This document shows, piece after piece, positions 29,796 through 39,690 of a DNA stretch of 64,000 nucleotides. The notes below the pieces were generated by a model that was given only the letters and a program-made list of their open reading frames with translations, had not been told where the DNA came from and did no database searches. Within the stretch, counting starts at the first letter, position 1; each line of letters starts with the position of its first letter. The translations under genes were made by a program, and so were the position numbers. The DNA comes from an uncultured cyanobacterium (GTDB lineage: Bacteria; Cyanobacteriota; Vampirovibrionia; Gastranaerophilales; Gastranaerophilaceae). The stretch is taken from NCBI GenBank assembly GCA_902495705.1, contig CABUXT010000008.1, forward strand, positions 2,247 to 66,246, in the 5' to 3' direction.

Positions 29796-30716
29796 CTAAT
29801 ACCCTTCCTGAATAACTTCAAGCATATCCTTCAACACCATATTGTATGGAGTCGGAATGTTGTGCTTTTTGCCAAACTCAATCATCGTACCGGCAAACAT
29901 ATCAACTTCGGTCTTGCGATGCCCTTCAACATCTTGAAGTGTCGAAGGTTTACCGTCTGCGGTCATTTTGCCGAAAGATTCGAGTGCCTCATCAATCATC
30001 TTGTCGGTGTTTTTGATACCTTCGGCCTTGGCTATAGCTTGAACTTCTTTCATTATCTTTACAAGAAATTCCATAAACTTTTTATTTGATTGCATGTCAC
30101 CAAAAGTCATTCTCAAAATCGCGGATGGCTGATTAGAACTTACGTTGAGCATATATTTCAACCAATACGCATGCGGCATATCTTCAGGGATTTTGTAATC
30201 AATTTTTGCTTTGTCGAAATACCTTTTTGCGCGCTCAATACATTCTTCACTTGTTTTGGTCTTGTCATTTATCCCAAATACAATTGTTCCAACACCGTCA
30301 TGAGTAATATTGTTACCTTCGCGCATCGCACTATGTCCAATGTAGTACGCAATCGGCAAATTCTTCCAACCGTATTTTTTAGAAATTATTTCTTCACTGG
30401 TCACACCGTTGAGCAAAGAGATAATCACAGTGTCATCTTTGACAAAATTTCCCATATTTTTTATGACGTCATTTAGTCCGTCGAATTTTGTTGCAATAAT
30501 TATCAAATCTGCCTTGAAATCAGTCGCATCAGGCAAAATGTAGTTAAAATTCAGAGGTTTTCCGTTAAAAATCTTTGGATTTTTTGTGTAATTTTCTAAT
30601 CTTTTTTTGTCGACTAAAATGCGCAAATTCTTGCTGTCATACTCGTTGATTGCATTTGCATAAATTGAACCGATTGCACCGATTCCGCAAACTAAAACTT
30701 TTTCTATTTCTTTCAT
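29796..30716 (-). CDS. panE: 2-dehydropantoate 2-reductase
   Basis: 306 aa. N-terminal VLVCGIGAIGSIYA Rossmann fold and ApbA/PanE-like length and C-terminal domain. Confidence 0.75.
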   Translation of the reverse strand: MKEIEKVLVCGIGAIGSIYANAINEYDSKNLRILVDKKRLENYTKNPKIFNGKPLNFNYILPDATDFKADLIIIATKFDGLNDVIKNMGNFVKDDTVIISLLNGVTSEEIISKKYGWKNLPIAYYIGHSAMREGNNITHDGVGTIVFGINDKTKTSEECIERAKRYFDKAKIDYKIPEDMPHAYWLKYMLNVSSNQPSAILRMTFGDMQSNKKFMEFLVKIMKEVQAIAKAEGIKNTDKMIDEALESFGKMTADGKPSTLQDVEGHRKTEVDMFAGTMIEFGKKHNIPTPYNMVLKDMLEVIQEGY

Positions 30717-30854
30717 AACTTTTTGATTTTAGCACATTTTGATTGGTATATTAAAAATTTTTACATTTTTTTAATCTGAGCGCAATTTCGATTTTCAAAA
30801 ATACTTTATATAAGAGTAAGTAGTAGTGTGTGAAAATTTTAGTGTGGTAAATTA

Positions 30855-31622
30855 GTGGGATTGGAAGTTTTTAATCCAAGTCGCTTTGCACTCGGCTTGA
30901 ATCCTAACATAAAACTGAATGGCTTAGGTAGTGGCAGAAAGGTCTATTTCGGACAAAATCCGCAAGACTCTTTCCAAATGAATTCGCCTCTGAAATTGTT
31001 CAATGAAACTGAAATCAACAAAATGATTTCAAACAATCCTGAGTTGAAAAAGATTCTCTCTGATAATAAAATTCCGCTTTGCCTGAATATGGCAGAACTT
31101 CAGGACTTAAAAACAAACCACTGCCAAGATACACAAGATATTGCACTTGCGATTGCCAAAAACCTTCCACAAGCACTCAAACAGCAGGTGAATATCCAAG
31201 ATTTAAAAGACGGCGCGATTTTGCATGATTTTGGTAAAGTCCTTATTCCGCCTGAAATTTTGAATAAAAACGGCGCGCTGACTGATGCCGAACACAAAAT
31301 TATGGATTTGCATACGGAACTTGGTTACCAATTGCTAAAAAAATCTGATGTAAATGGTGAAGTGTTGGATTTGGTGCGATATCACCACGGCGCAAATGGC
31401 AAAAATTATATTCCTGACGTAAATGTTCAGATTTTGAGCTTGGCTGATAAATATTCAGCCCTGACCGAAAAACGCGTTTATAAAGAGGCATTTTCTCCCC
31501 AAAAAGCTTTGACAATAATTTATGGTGACGTGAAAAAAGGTGATGTCCATCCGTTTATCTTTAATGCCTTGGTGCAGGCGGTTCAAACAGGCAAAATTCC
31601 TCAAAATGTGAACAAATGTTAA
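30855..31622 (+). CDS. HD-domain protein, degenerate HD-GYP type
   Basis: ILHDFGK (HD), HTELGYQLL, and YHHGANGKNY in place of HHExxDGSGYP. GTG start uncertain (no SD). Confidence 0.7.
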   Translation: MGLEVFNPSRFALGLNPNIKLNGLGSGRKVYFGQNPQDSFQMNSPLKLFNETEINKMISNNPELKKILSDNKIPLCLNMAELQDLKTNHCQDTQDIALAIAKNLPQALKQQVNIQDLKDGAILHDFGKVLIPPEILNKNGALTDAEHKIMDLHTELGYQLLKKSDVNGEVLDLVRYHHGANGKNYIPDVNVQILSLADKYSALTEKRVYKEAFSPQKALTIIYGDVKKGDVHPFIFNALVQAVQTGKIPQNVNKC

Positions 31623-31675
31623 GATGTATATAACATATATAGCAATTTTTCATAATGGAAATTGTTTATATAAAT

Positions 31676-31850
31676 GTAAGGGAAATTTAAAGAAAAAGAA
31701 AATCGGGAAAACGACAAAAGCCAAAAAGGCGAAAATAAATTTAAAGAAATTGGGGAAAATAAATTTCTAGGGGAAAATAAAATCGAATCGAATCATCCAT
31801 CATAATCAATCATTTGGGTGCTGAATATTTTTCAGCGCCTTTTTTATTTT
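31676..31850 (+). ncRNA. candidate purine-rich small RNA or structured 3' UTR ending in a strong intrinsic terminator
   Basis: About 110 nt almost devoid of pyrimidines, with repeated GGGAAA/GGGGAAAA and AAATTTAAAGAAA motifs, then a 9-bp GC-containing hairpin and a T-run (31817..31850). No experimental support. Confidence 0.25.
31817..31850 (+). terminator. intrinsic terminator about 195 nt after the HD-domain gene
   Basis: GGTGCTGAA-tattt-TTCAGCGCC followed by TTTTTTATTTT. Confidence 0.8.
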
Positions 31851-31863
31851 GGTCAATCCACAC

Positions 31864-31892
31864 TAGACTTTGAATGAAAAATACGATATAAT
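31864..31892 (+). promoter_or_regulatory. sigma70-like promoter upstream of pilin-like gene 1
   Basis: TAGACT, 17 nt spacer, TATAAT. Lies directly after the terminator at 31817..31850. Confidence 0.35.
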
Positions 31893-31930
31893 GGATATAT
31901 TAAATAGCAAAATGAGGATTGGATTTTATA

Positions 31931-32791
31931 GTGTTTTCTTTTGATAAAAAAAGCGGTTTTACTTTAGCGGAAGTTCTTATTACATTGGGATTAATCGGTG
32001 CAGTGAGCGCGATTACTATTCCGACTTTGGCATACAATTACCGTGCAAAAGTGCTCGAAGAACAATATCGTTCAACCTACAGTGACCTTAAACAAATCGG
32101 CGCAATGATTAACTATGAAAAAGGTGACGTTGGGGAATACGCTAATGGTACCGATTTTTGGGCATGGCAATCCGAATTTACAGGTCGTTTGAATGGTGGT
32201 AATAAATTTGCAAATGCAGGATGGCCTAATGTAACGACAGATAAGCAAAAAATATATAAAGCTTCAGGAACTAACGGACCTTTTGCATTTAACTTAAATG
32301 CTAGTGGCGGTTTGCAAGGTATTGGTGATGTCTGCGATAACGGTTCAATTTGGTCTGATAGCAAAGGACGAATATGGACATTTAACTCTGAAATGAGAAT
32401 AATTTGTGTTGATATTAATGGGGCTGCAAATCCTAACAGATTGAATATGGATACTTTTGCATTTATTCCAATGTCTGCAAAAGTTGTCGCTGCTTGGGTT
32501 CATGACGACCCTAATCATCCTGAAAACTATTCTGGGGAAATTATACCTTGCGATTTGGATGTTATTACTCGCAAAGGTTTGTCTAATACCTATCCTAGAA
32601 AAGATGACAATGGCAATTATATTGTAAAAAATAAAGGTGGCGATTGGGCATCAGCCTATGATGCTTGCCCATTTTTCGGTCCAATCGAAAATGTTGCTCC
32701 AATAATTGGCGTAAGCTCAGGCAAATCTGCTAAAAACAGAGACATAACCTCATCCAATAACTACTGGAAAGATTATATTAATTACAAATAA
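31931..32791 (+). CDS. prepilin-type N-terminal cleavage/methylation domain protein (pilin/pseudopilin-like)
   Basis: From the GTG at 31931 the leader reads MFSFDKKSG|FTLAEVLITLGLIGAVSAITIP, a class III signal. GAGGA SD 12 nt upstream. The track start is the TTG at 31919. Confidence 0.8.
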   Translation: MFSFDKKSGFTLAEVLITLGLIGAVSAITIPTLAYNYRAKVLEEQYRSTYSDLKQIGAMINYEKGDVGEYANGTDFWAWQSEFTGRLNGGNKFANAGWPNVTTDKQKIYKASGTNGPFAFNLNASGGLQGIGDVCDNGSIWSDSKGRIWTFNSEMRIICVDINGAANPNRLNMDTFAFIPMSAKVVAAWVHDDPNHPENYSGEIIPCDLDVITRKGLSNTYPRKDDNGNYIVKNKGGDWASAYDACPFFGPIENVAPIIGVSSGKSAKNRDITSSNNYWKDYINYK

Positions 32792-32819
32792 TCCATAACC
32801 CTATGCTATAAAAATAATT

Positions 32820-33239
32820 GTCATTCCGAACTTGTTTCGGAATCTCAAATTGTACACTTGGGTCTACGTCATTCTGAAAGGATTAAAAATCAAGGAGCGT
32901 AGCGACGTAGATTTTATCCTATTCAGAATCTATCAATGTTGATTTTATTCTAATTGTTACCCTGAATTGACTAGAATATAAGTTGAGATGAAATCGAAAC
33001 GTAATATTCTGTTCCTACTCGGTAATTCAGGGTCTCAGATTAAACACGGAGGTCATTGTCATTCTGAAACGAGTTCAGAATGACATAGTTTCAATGTGTT
33101 CAGTTAGAGATTCTGAATAGCAAGAAAATCCTGTGTTCGCAAAGCTCACACAAATTTTCTAAGCTTTCAGAATGACAATATAAAAAAGGTCATGACATTT
33201 GTCGGCATGGCAATGCCGACCGACAGATTTGTAATGACA
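32820..33239. repeat. repeat cluster 4 (G-type hairpin, module B, module E, simple hairpin, module C reversed, GTCGGCA..TGCCGAC hairpin)
   Basis: Module B 32868..32946, module E 32956..33034, module C 33098..33176. All have copies elsewhere. Confidence 0.85.
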
Positions 33240-33249
33240 TGCATATAAA

Positions 33250-33276
33250 ACGCGTCCGCATGAAATGCGGACGCGT
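33250..33276 (-). terminator. GC-rich hairpin immediately downstream of pfp
   Basis: ACGCGTCCGCAT-gaa-ATGCGGACGCGT, a 12-bp perfect stem. On the minus strand it is followed by TTTTATATGC. Confidence 0.7.
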
Positions 33277-33299
33277 CAAAATTGATTTGTCAATCAGAC

Positions 33300-34982
33300 T
33301 TATACAGATGCTAATTCTCTGCTTCTTTCTAATTGCAAAGTAACTGTTGTGATATCACAAACTGAGCTTGGTCCAAAGTATTGGATTGCTCCCGGGAATA
33401 AATATCTGTCATTCATTGCCCAGTCTTCTCTGTTGTCTTGCAATTGTTTGAATACAGGTCCATCAAGTCTAACCAATGCTTTTTGGATAACCGGTTTCAT
33501 TTCACCATGGCGTTTTTCCATATTCATCATCATAGTAAGAGGAATACCGCCTGCAATCCATTTGTCAGCAGGTTCAGTCAAGTTTCTTACTGATGACAAG
33601 TAGCCTGTTTTACCAAAGCTAATCAAAGCAAATGCGTTGTAGCCTAATGAGTAGCAATAATCTGCATCAAAGTTAGAAGGGAATGCACATCTGCCTTCAT
33701 AACCGAAGAAGTGAGATTGAGCTGAGAATTTACCGATGAAGGTTCCTTCTTCTTTCAATTCATCCAATCTTGTTGAAATCATTTCGATTAATAATTTTTC
33801 AGTTTCGATTTTTGAAACTTGAACGTTACCGTGTGGGTCACGGTCAGCCAATAATTGACCTTTGATTAGAGCAGGCAATGATTTGTAAACCTTAGCATTT
33901 TCTTCGTCTAATCTGTTTTCTACGATATCAAATTTTTCTCTGATAGTTGTAGCATTAACGAAATCTGAATCAGTTTCTAAAGATGCCATAATATCGTTCA
34001 AGTTTGAAATCATTGAACCCATTTCAGGAATAAATTCAATCAAACCTTCAGGGATAACTGCGATACCGAAGTTTTTACCCATATCAGCACGTCTTACAAT
34101 GATGTCTGTCATGTAGTCAATGATTGAAGACAATGACATTTTCTTTTCTTGAACTTCTTCAGAAATCAAAGTGATGTTTGGTTGAGTTTGCAATGCTGCT
34201 TCTAACGCTACGTGAGATGCACTTCTACCCATGATTTTTACAAAGTGCCAATATTTTTTAGCTGAATTAGCGTCTCTTTCGATGTTTCCGATAAGTTCAG
34301 CATAAGTTTTTGTAGCAGTATCAAAACCGAAAGAAATTTCGATTTGGTCGTTTTTCAAGTCGCCGTCAATTGTTTTTGGACAACCGATAACTTGGATTCC
34401 TGCATTATTTTTTACAAACCATTCAGCCAACAATGCTGCGTTTGTATTTGAATCATCACCACCAATAATTACAACAGCAGAGATGTTTAAATTTTTACAT
34501 ACAGCCAAAGATTTTTGGAATTGTTCTTCTGTTTCTAATTTTGTTCTACCAGAACCAATAATATCGAAACCACCTGTATTTCTGTAAGCATTGATAAATT
34601 CATCATCAAATTCAACATATTTTCCATCGATGATACCTGAAGGACCACCTAAGAAACCGTACAATTTGTTAGCTGAATTTGCATTTTTCAATGCATCGTA
34701 CAAACCTGCAATAACGTTGTGTCCACCGGGAGCTTGACCACCTGATAGGATAACACCAACATTTCTAACTTCTGATTCTTTTGAAGAAGATGCAGCTTTG
34801 AAAGTAACGGTTGGTTTGCCATAAGTATTAGCAAATAATGTTTTGATTTGTTCTTGGTCTCTAACAGATTCTGTTGCAGAACCTTCAACAACTTCCAATG
34901 AGTTTACGCCGTTTTGCAAACTTGAAGGAAGTTTTGGTTGATACTTTAATCTTTCAATTTGTAATGGTGAAAGTTTTGTCAT
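33300..34982 (-). CDS. pfp: diphosphate--fructose-6-phosphate 1-phosphotransferase (PPi-PFK, long form)
   Basis: 560 aa. [10 protein letters not shown] (Asp where ATP-PFKs have Gly), PKTIDGDL, and MGR motifs. Confidence 0.93.
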   Translation of the reverse strand: MTKLSPLQIERLKYQPKLPSSLQNGVNSLEVVEGSATESVRDQEQIKTLFANTYGKPTVTFKAASSSKESEVRNVGVILSGGQAPGGHNVIAGLYDALKNANSANKLYGFLGGPSGIIDGKYVEFDDEFINAYRNTGGFDIIGSGRTKLETEEQFQKSLAVCKNLNISAVVIIGGDDSNTNAALLAEWFVKNNAGIQVIGCPKTIDGDLKNDQIEISFGFDTATKTYAELIGNIERDANSAKKYWHFVKIMGRSASHVALEAALQTQPNITLISEEVQEKKMSLSSIIDYMTDIIVRRADMGKNFGIAVIPEGLIEFIPEMGSMISNLNDIMASLETDSDFVNATTIREKFDIVENRLDEENAKVYKSLPALIKGQLLADRDPHGNVQVSKIETEKLLIEMISTRLDELKEEGTFIGKFSAQSHFFGYEGRCAFPSNFDADYCYSLGYNAFALISFGKTGYLSSVRNLTEPADKWIAGGIPLTMMMNMEKRHGEMKPVIQKALVRLDGPVFKQLQDNREDWAMNDRYLFPGAIQYFGPSSVCDITTVTLQLERSRELASV

Positions 34983-35076
34983 TTAATAATCCTTTCCTTT
35001 TGTAACCGTGTTTACATGGTATATGTTACTACAAAAACGGAAATATCCAAATGCTAAACTATAAAGATGGAATAAC

Positions 35077-35134
35077 AGGAAGGCGGGAGGGCAAGAGGTC
35101 AGGCTTTTTAATATTGTCATTCTGAAACAGTTCC
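35077..35134. repeat. repeat cluster 5 (G-rich terminus + truncated GTCATTCTGAA hairpin arm)
   Basis: AGGAAGGCGGGAGGGCAAGAGGTCAGGCTTTTTAA followed by GTCATTCTGAAACAGTTCC. Lies between pfp and higA. Confidence 0.75.
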
Positions 35135-35163
35135 GCCTACGTCCACATGCGGTTTTGCCTTGC

Positions 35164-35460
35164 TTACGCAACTTTTACTGTATAACCAAGTTCTTTTATA
35201 ATTTTTAGTGCTGTAGATAATTGAGGTTGTTGTTCACCATTGAATATTGCATATAAATTGCTGCGAGAAATTCCTGTCTTTTTTGATAGACCGGATATAG
35301 TATCTTTAGCTCTAACAGCGTACTCGAGAGCTTTTACAAATGCATTCAAATCGTTATTGGTTAAAAATTCATCAAAACCAATATTAATCCATTCTTTTAT
35401 GTCATCATCAGTTTTTAAATCGTTTAAAATATACTCATTAAAAGAACCGACTTTATCCAT
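35164..35460 (-). CDS. higA: HigA-family addiction-module antidote protein
   Basis: C-terminal HTH LSKKTGISRSNLYAIFNGEQQPQLSTALKIIKELG. Overlaps the upstream toxin gene by 8 nt. Confidence 0.85.
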   Translation of the reverse strand: MDKVGSFNEYILNDLKTDDDIKEWINIGFDEFLTNNDLNAFVKALEYAVRAKDTISGLSKKTGISRSNLYAIFNGEQQPQLSTALKIIKELGYTVKVA

Positions 35461-35779
35461 TATTTGACCTCCATTTATTTAAAAGTTCTTGAGCTTTTTT
35501 GATATCTTTTGATTGAGCAGATTTGTCTCCGCCATTTATTAATAAAACAATTGTATTTTCTATTTCTGTGTAATAGACTCTATAACCTTTTCCAAAAGAA
35601 AATCTTAATTCAGAAATATCATCAGAAAGTTTTTTAAAATCTCCGAAATTTCCATCCTCAAGTCGTAAAATTCGTTGGTTGATGCGTTTTCTCATTGCGC
35701 TATCTAAAGAATTTAGCCATTCAATGATTGGAGCACGACCATCAGATGTAATAAGGTATTTTATTTCGTAATGATTCAT
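35453..35779 (-). CDS. higB: addiction-module killer protein (RelE/HigB-like toxin)
   Basis: SDGRAPIIEWLNSLD...RILRLEDGNFGD...ELRFSFGKGYRVYY...LLINGGDKSAQSKDIKKA matches the killer-protein family pattern. Confidence 0.85.
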   Translation of the reverse strand: MNHYEIKYLITSDGRAPIIEWLNSLDSAMRKRINQRILRLEDGNFGDFKKLSDDISELRFSFGKGYRVYYTEIENTIVLLINGGDKSAQSKDIKKAQELLNKWRSNNG

Positions 35780-35787
35780 ATTAATAG

Positions 35788-35805
35788 TGTACTGTATACA
35801 GGACA
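35788..35805. promoter_or_regulatory. palindromic candidate operator of the higBA-like operon
   Basis: TGTACTGTATACAGGACA (perfect 10-bp core CTGTATACAG), 9-26 nt upstream of the toxin start codon at 35779. Confidence 0.4.
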
Positions 35806-35866
35806 GTTTGTCAATGGCGTTATGCTTTATCTTCCCTCTTAATTATTAAAAAATAATAAATTTCCC

Positions 35867-35894
35867 TTGTTAAATTGCATTGATACCTTATAAT
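35867..35894 (+). promoter_or_regulatory. sigma70-like promoter upstream of grpE
   Basis: TTGTTA, 16 nt spacer, TATAAT. No CIRCE inverted repeat seen. Confidence 0.4.
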
Positions 35895-35926
35895 ATATGT
35901 ATATAATGTTGTGAAGGGGAATATTT

Positions 35927-36508
35927 ATGACAAATAAAAATTCAAATCCGTTTAGTAACGACGATATCGTTAAAGACGAAGAAAATAAACAAACAGAAGA
36001 AGTAAAAGCTGAACAAGAAGAAACAAAAGCTGAAGAAACTTCAGAGGAAACAAAACAAGATAACAGCGAACTTCAAGAAAAATATGACAAATTAAATCAG
36101 CAATACATTCGTCTTGCTGCCGATTTTGATAATTATAGAAAACGTCAAGAACAAGAGCGCGAAAGTCTTATCAAATATGGTACAGAAAACGCATTGAAAA
36201 ATTTATTAGGTGTTCTTGATAACTTTGAACGCGGTAGAAAAGCATTGGAAAATGTTGACGACTGCGAAAAAGTAAAAGAAAGCTTCAACCTTGTTCACAA
36301 GCAAGTTTGTGAGGCTCTTACAAAATTAGGCTTAGAAGAAATTAAAGCAATCGGAGAAGAATTTGACCCTAACTTCCATGAGGCTGTAATGCAAACCCAA
36401 ACAAGCGAACATCCTGAACACACCGTAATCACTGAATTGCAAAAAGGCTACAAAATCGGTGACAAAGTTTTGAGACCAACGCTTGTTAATGTTGCAACTG
36501 CCGAATAG
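35927..36508 (+). CDS. grpE: nucleotide exchange factor GrpE
   Basis: Acidic N-terminus, RLAADFDNYRKR, and FDPNFHEAV motifs. Confidence 0.96.
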   Translation: MTNKNSNPFSNDDIVKDEENKQTEEVKAEQEETKAEETSEETKQDNSELQEKYDKLNQQYIRLAADFDNYRKRQEQERESLIKYGTENALKNLLGVLDNFERGRKALENVDDCEKVKESFNLVHKQVCEALTKLGLEEIKAIGEEFDPNFHEAVMQTQTSEHPEHTVITELQKGYKIGDKVLRPTLVNVATAE

Positions 36509-36547
36509 CACAAATCAAAAGAGTAGAAGGATATAGAAAAAGAGGAT

Positions 36548-37672
36548 ATGGCAGATTACTACGAAATACTTGGGGTCTCAAAAGAGGCTACCAAAGAAGA
36601 GATAAAAGTGGCTTTCCGCAGGAAAGCTAGGCAGTTACACCCAGATGTAAATAAAGCACCTGATGCAGAAGAAAAATTCAAAGAACTCGGAAAGGCTTAC
36701 GAAACACTTTCAGATGAAAACAAACGTGCAACTTATGACCAATACGGCGAAGATGGTTTAAAAAATGCAGGATTTGATACAAACGGACCATTCGCAGGCG
36801 GATTTGGTGATTTGAATGACGTATTTGAAAGTTTCTTCGGCGGCTTTGGCGGATTTGGTTTTGGCGGAAGACCTGACCCAAATGCTCCTCAACGCGGAGA
36901 TGATTTAAGATACGATGTTAAATTGAAATTTGAAGATGCTGCATTTGGTATCAATAAAGAAATCAAATTTGACCACTTGGAAGTATGTCCTGATTGTAGC
37001 GGTACAGGTGCTGAGAAAGGTTCAGAAAAGAAAACTTGTCCGCAATGTGGCGGTACAGGTCAGGTAAAAACAGTTACAAGAACTCCTCTTGGAAACTTTG
37101 CACAAATTACAACCTGCCCACATTGTAAAGGTTCAGGTCAAGTTATCGACAAACCTTGCAAAACTTGTCACGGCAACGGTATGGTAAATAAGGAAAAACG
37201 CATTGAAATAAAAATCCCTGCCGGTGTTGACAATATGTCAAAAATCCGTGTTTCAGGCGAAGGTGATTGTGGTGTAAACGGTGGACCAAACGGTGATTTG
37301 TTTGTGGTTATCCATGTTGAACCGTCAAATTATTTCAAACGTGATGGTATCAATATTTTTACCGAACTTGAAATTTCTCCGGCTCAAGCAGTTATGGGCG
37401 ACTTGGTTACAATAAAAACTCTTGATGGAGAAAAAGAAGTCCAAATACCTGCAGGAATCCAACACGAAAATATTGTAAAAATCAAAGGTGCAGGCGTTCC
37501 GATTATCACAAAACCATCTCAACGCGGTGACCATATCGTGATTGTAAAAATCAAAATTCCTACAAGATTGAGCGAAGAAGAAAAACGCTTATACCAAAGA
37601 TTGTATGAAATTAACGGTGGTAAAAAGCCTCAAAAATCAATAATGTCAAAAGTTAAGGGAGTATTCAAATAA
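36548..37672 (+). CDS. dnaJ: molecular chaperone DnaJ
   Basis: J domain with HPD (YYEILGV...LHPDVNK), a G/F region, and four CxxCxGxG zinc motifs. Confidence 0.98.
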   Translation: MADYYEILGVSKEATKEEIKVAFRRKARQLHPDVNKAPDAEEKFKELGKAYETLSDENKRATYDQYGEDGLKNAGFDTNGPFAGGFGDLNDVFESFFGGFGGFGFGGRPDPNAPQRGDDLRYDVKLKFEDAAFGINKEIKFDHLEVCPDCSGTGAEKGSEKKTCPQCGGTGQVKTVTRTPLGNFAQITTCPHCKGSGQVIDKPCKTCHGNGMVNKEKRIEIKIPAGVDNMSKIRVSGEGDCGVNGGPNGDLFVVIHVEPSNYFKRDGINIFTELEISPAQAVMGDLVTIKTLDGEKEVQIPAGIQHENIVKIKGAGVPIITKPSQRGDHIVIVKIKIPTRLSEEEKRLYQRLYEINGGKKPQKSIMSKVKGVFK

Positions 37673-37673
37673 T

Positions 37674-39086
37674 ATGCGCAAACTTTTCGCAGCACTAAGT
37701 TTATTTATATTAACTTGTACAACCGTATTTGGTGCAGAAGTTCCAAAACAAGTGCAAGATTTTGTCAGCAAGGATTTTCCGCAAACAAACTTCCGTTTTG
37801 ATGGTGCAATAATTTTGCCTGACAAAACCATGTATTTACCTATATTCCCTGCAAAAACAGACGATATTGTAAATTTGACAATCAAATCAAGCTATCCTAA
37901 AAATATGACAATGAAACAAAAGCCTGATATGATTATCTTAAATAACAATTTTGCATTATTAAAAGTTATTAACACAAACGGCAAAAAAACAGTAATCAAT
38001 ATGATTGACCCACCGCAAGAACTTCAATCAGGTTTGTTGCCACAAGATATTTTACTTCCAAAAGGTTTGGTTATTCCTGAATCTTTAAAAGGTATTATCG
38101 GTGATGTTGATGTTTCTGTAGCGCAAGATACAGGGTTGAGAATTAATAATACAAGAAATAAAGGTAAGAAATTTACTACTCCTGTTGAACCATTGAATGG
38201 CAAGACTTTCTACATTTCAACAGGTGCGAATAAAAATATTCAGGTAATCCATTCAAATACCAAAACTCCTGAATATTCATTGGCGCAAGAACACGTTATT
38301 AACGATATCAAGGCATATAACAATGAGTTTTTACTTGTAACTTATTTTGATAACAAAACAATGAATATTATTTCTTTGATGGATGAAAAAGTTATCAAAC
38401 AGGTAAATTTTGATGTTTGTCCTGAGCAAATTATCATAGATGCACCTAACAAAATTGCATATATCACATCAGGTTCAAATTCAAGCATATACATATTCAG
38501 CCTTGAAACAATGACTTTGAAAAAACAATTAAAAATAAACGGCATGTGCGAAAAATTCACTCTATCAGAAGATGGAACAAAAATGTTCTATGTTGATAGA
38601 AATACCAATGATATTTGGGCAATTGAATTGGATAACAATTATTTGTTGAAAAATATCGGAAGTTTTCCAAATGTTTCAAAAATCGCTTATGCAAACGGCA
38701 AAATTTATATTATCAGCAGAACTAAAAGCAGACTTGCCATCGTTGATTACGAAACTTTAGGATTTTTATCAGAACTTGAAGTATGTGAAAAACCTGTCGA
38801 TATGTATGCGCGCAAAGATGAATTATTTATCCTTGGGGCACAAGATAATATTGTAGAAGTTTTGAACACAAAAGATGATGTTATCACTGACAAGTTGTAT
38901 TTGAATACAAACGCTTTTGCAACAAATATTACACCAATCAGCGATAATTTGATTATGATTACAAACGCACTTTCAGGCTTGTATTCTGTAGTTGATACAG
39001 ATATCAAAGAGATTGTAAAAACCAGTCCGCTTGATGTTCCTGTTAGGGCAATAGTTATTACAAACAGAGTAAAGACGATAAAATAA
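37674..39086 (+). CDS. secreted beta-propeller-like repeat protein
   Basis: Signal peptide MRKLFAALSLFILTCTTVFGA. Repeating ~40-aa strand-rich units (..IYI.S...S.L.IVD..T..). Starts 2 nt after the dnaJ stop. Confidence 0.6.
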   Translation: MRKLFAALSLFILTCTTVFGAEVPKQVQDFVSKDFPQTNFRFDGAIILPDKTMYLPIFPAKTDDIVNLTIKSSYPKNMTMKQKPDMIILNNNFALLKVINTNGKKTVINMIDPPQELQSGLLPQDILLPKGLVIPESLKGIIGDVDVSVAQDTGLRINNTRNKGKKFTTPVEPLNGKTFYISTGANKNIQVIHSNTKTPEYSLAQEHVINDIKAYNNEFLLVTYFDNKTMNIISLMDEKVIKQVNFDVCPEQIIIDAPNKIAYITSGSNSSIYIFSLETMTLKKQLKINGMCEKFTLSEDGTKMFYVDRNTNDIWAIELDNNYLLKNIGSFPNVSKIAYANGKIYIISRTKSRLAIVDYETLGFLSELEVCEKPVDMYARKDELFILGAQDNIVEVLNTKDDVITDKLYLNTNAFATNITPISDNLIMITNALSGLYSVVDTDIKEIVKTSPLDVPVRAIVITNRVKTIK

Positions 39087-39655
39087 TGATAGAAAAATTT
39101 GACGAAACAACACAAGAAGTTTTAAAAGAACTTGAAAAAACTCAAAAACAATTTTGGAATATTTCACGAACAACAGCAGAATTTTTGTATAATTTGATTG
39201 TCGATTCAAAATCAAAAAGCGTTGTTGAAGTTGGAACATCTAACGGATATTCAGGAATTTGGATAGGTAAAGCGTTGAAGAAAACCGGTGGAAAACTTAC
39301 AACAATTGAGTTTTACGACAAGAGACTTGATATTGCAAAAGAAAATTTTGAAAAATGCGGTGTTGCAGATATTATCGAGACTAAAAAAGGCGATGCAGCG
39401 ACGATTTTGGAATACTTACCTGAAGATTTTGAAATTGATTTTGCTTTTGTTGATGCAAACAAAGCTCAATATATCAAATTTTTCCACTTGATAGAACCGC
39501 ATTTGAAAGTTGGCGGATATATTGCTTGTGACAATGTGATTTCTCACGCGGCAAAAGTTCAAACATTTTTAGATGATATCAATGCCAATCCAAATTACGA
39601 GAATGTAGTATTGCCACTGCCTGCTGGTTTGTCTTTGGCTAAGAAAATCAGATAG
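39086..39655 (+). CDS. class I SAM-dependent O-methyltransferase (family 3, caffeoyl-CoA OMT-like)
   Basis: VVEVGTSNGYSGIW SAM motif I and FDFAFVDANK. Its first base is the last base of the previous gene's stop codon (1-nt TAATG overlap at 39086). Confidence 0.8.
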   Translation: MIEKFDETTQEVLKELEKTQKQFWNISRTTAEFLYNLIVDSKSKSVVEVGTSNGYSGIWIGKALKKTGGKLTTIEFYDKRLDIAKENFEKCGVADIIETKKGDAATILEYLPEDFEIDFAFVDANKAQYIKFFHLIEPHLKVGGYIACDNVISHAAKVQTFLDDINANPNYENVVLPLPAGLSLAKKIR

Positions 39656-39690
39656 ATAATTTTCCATAACCTTAAAAAGGAGAAAAACTT

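Noticed and set aside
31780-31800. tRNA-like or other RNA gene signals, e.g. AATCGAATCGAATC, or GGTTCGAA-type T-loops anywhere in the window
   Set aside because: I found no cloverleaf-compatible sequence (no GTTCGAATC/T-loop with matching acceptor stems) and no rRNA-like stretches. The AATCGAATCG is just a short tandem.
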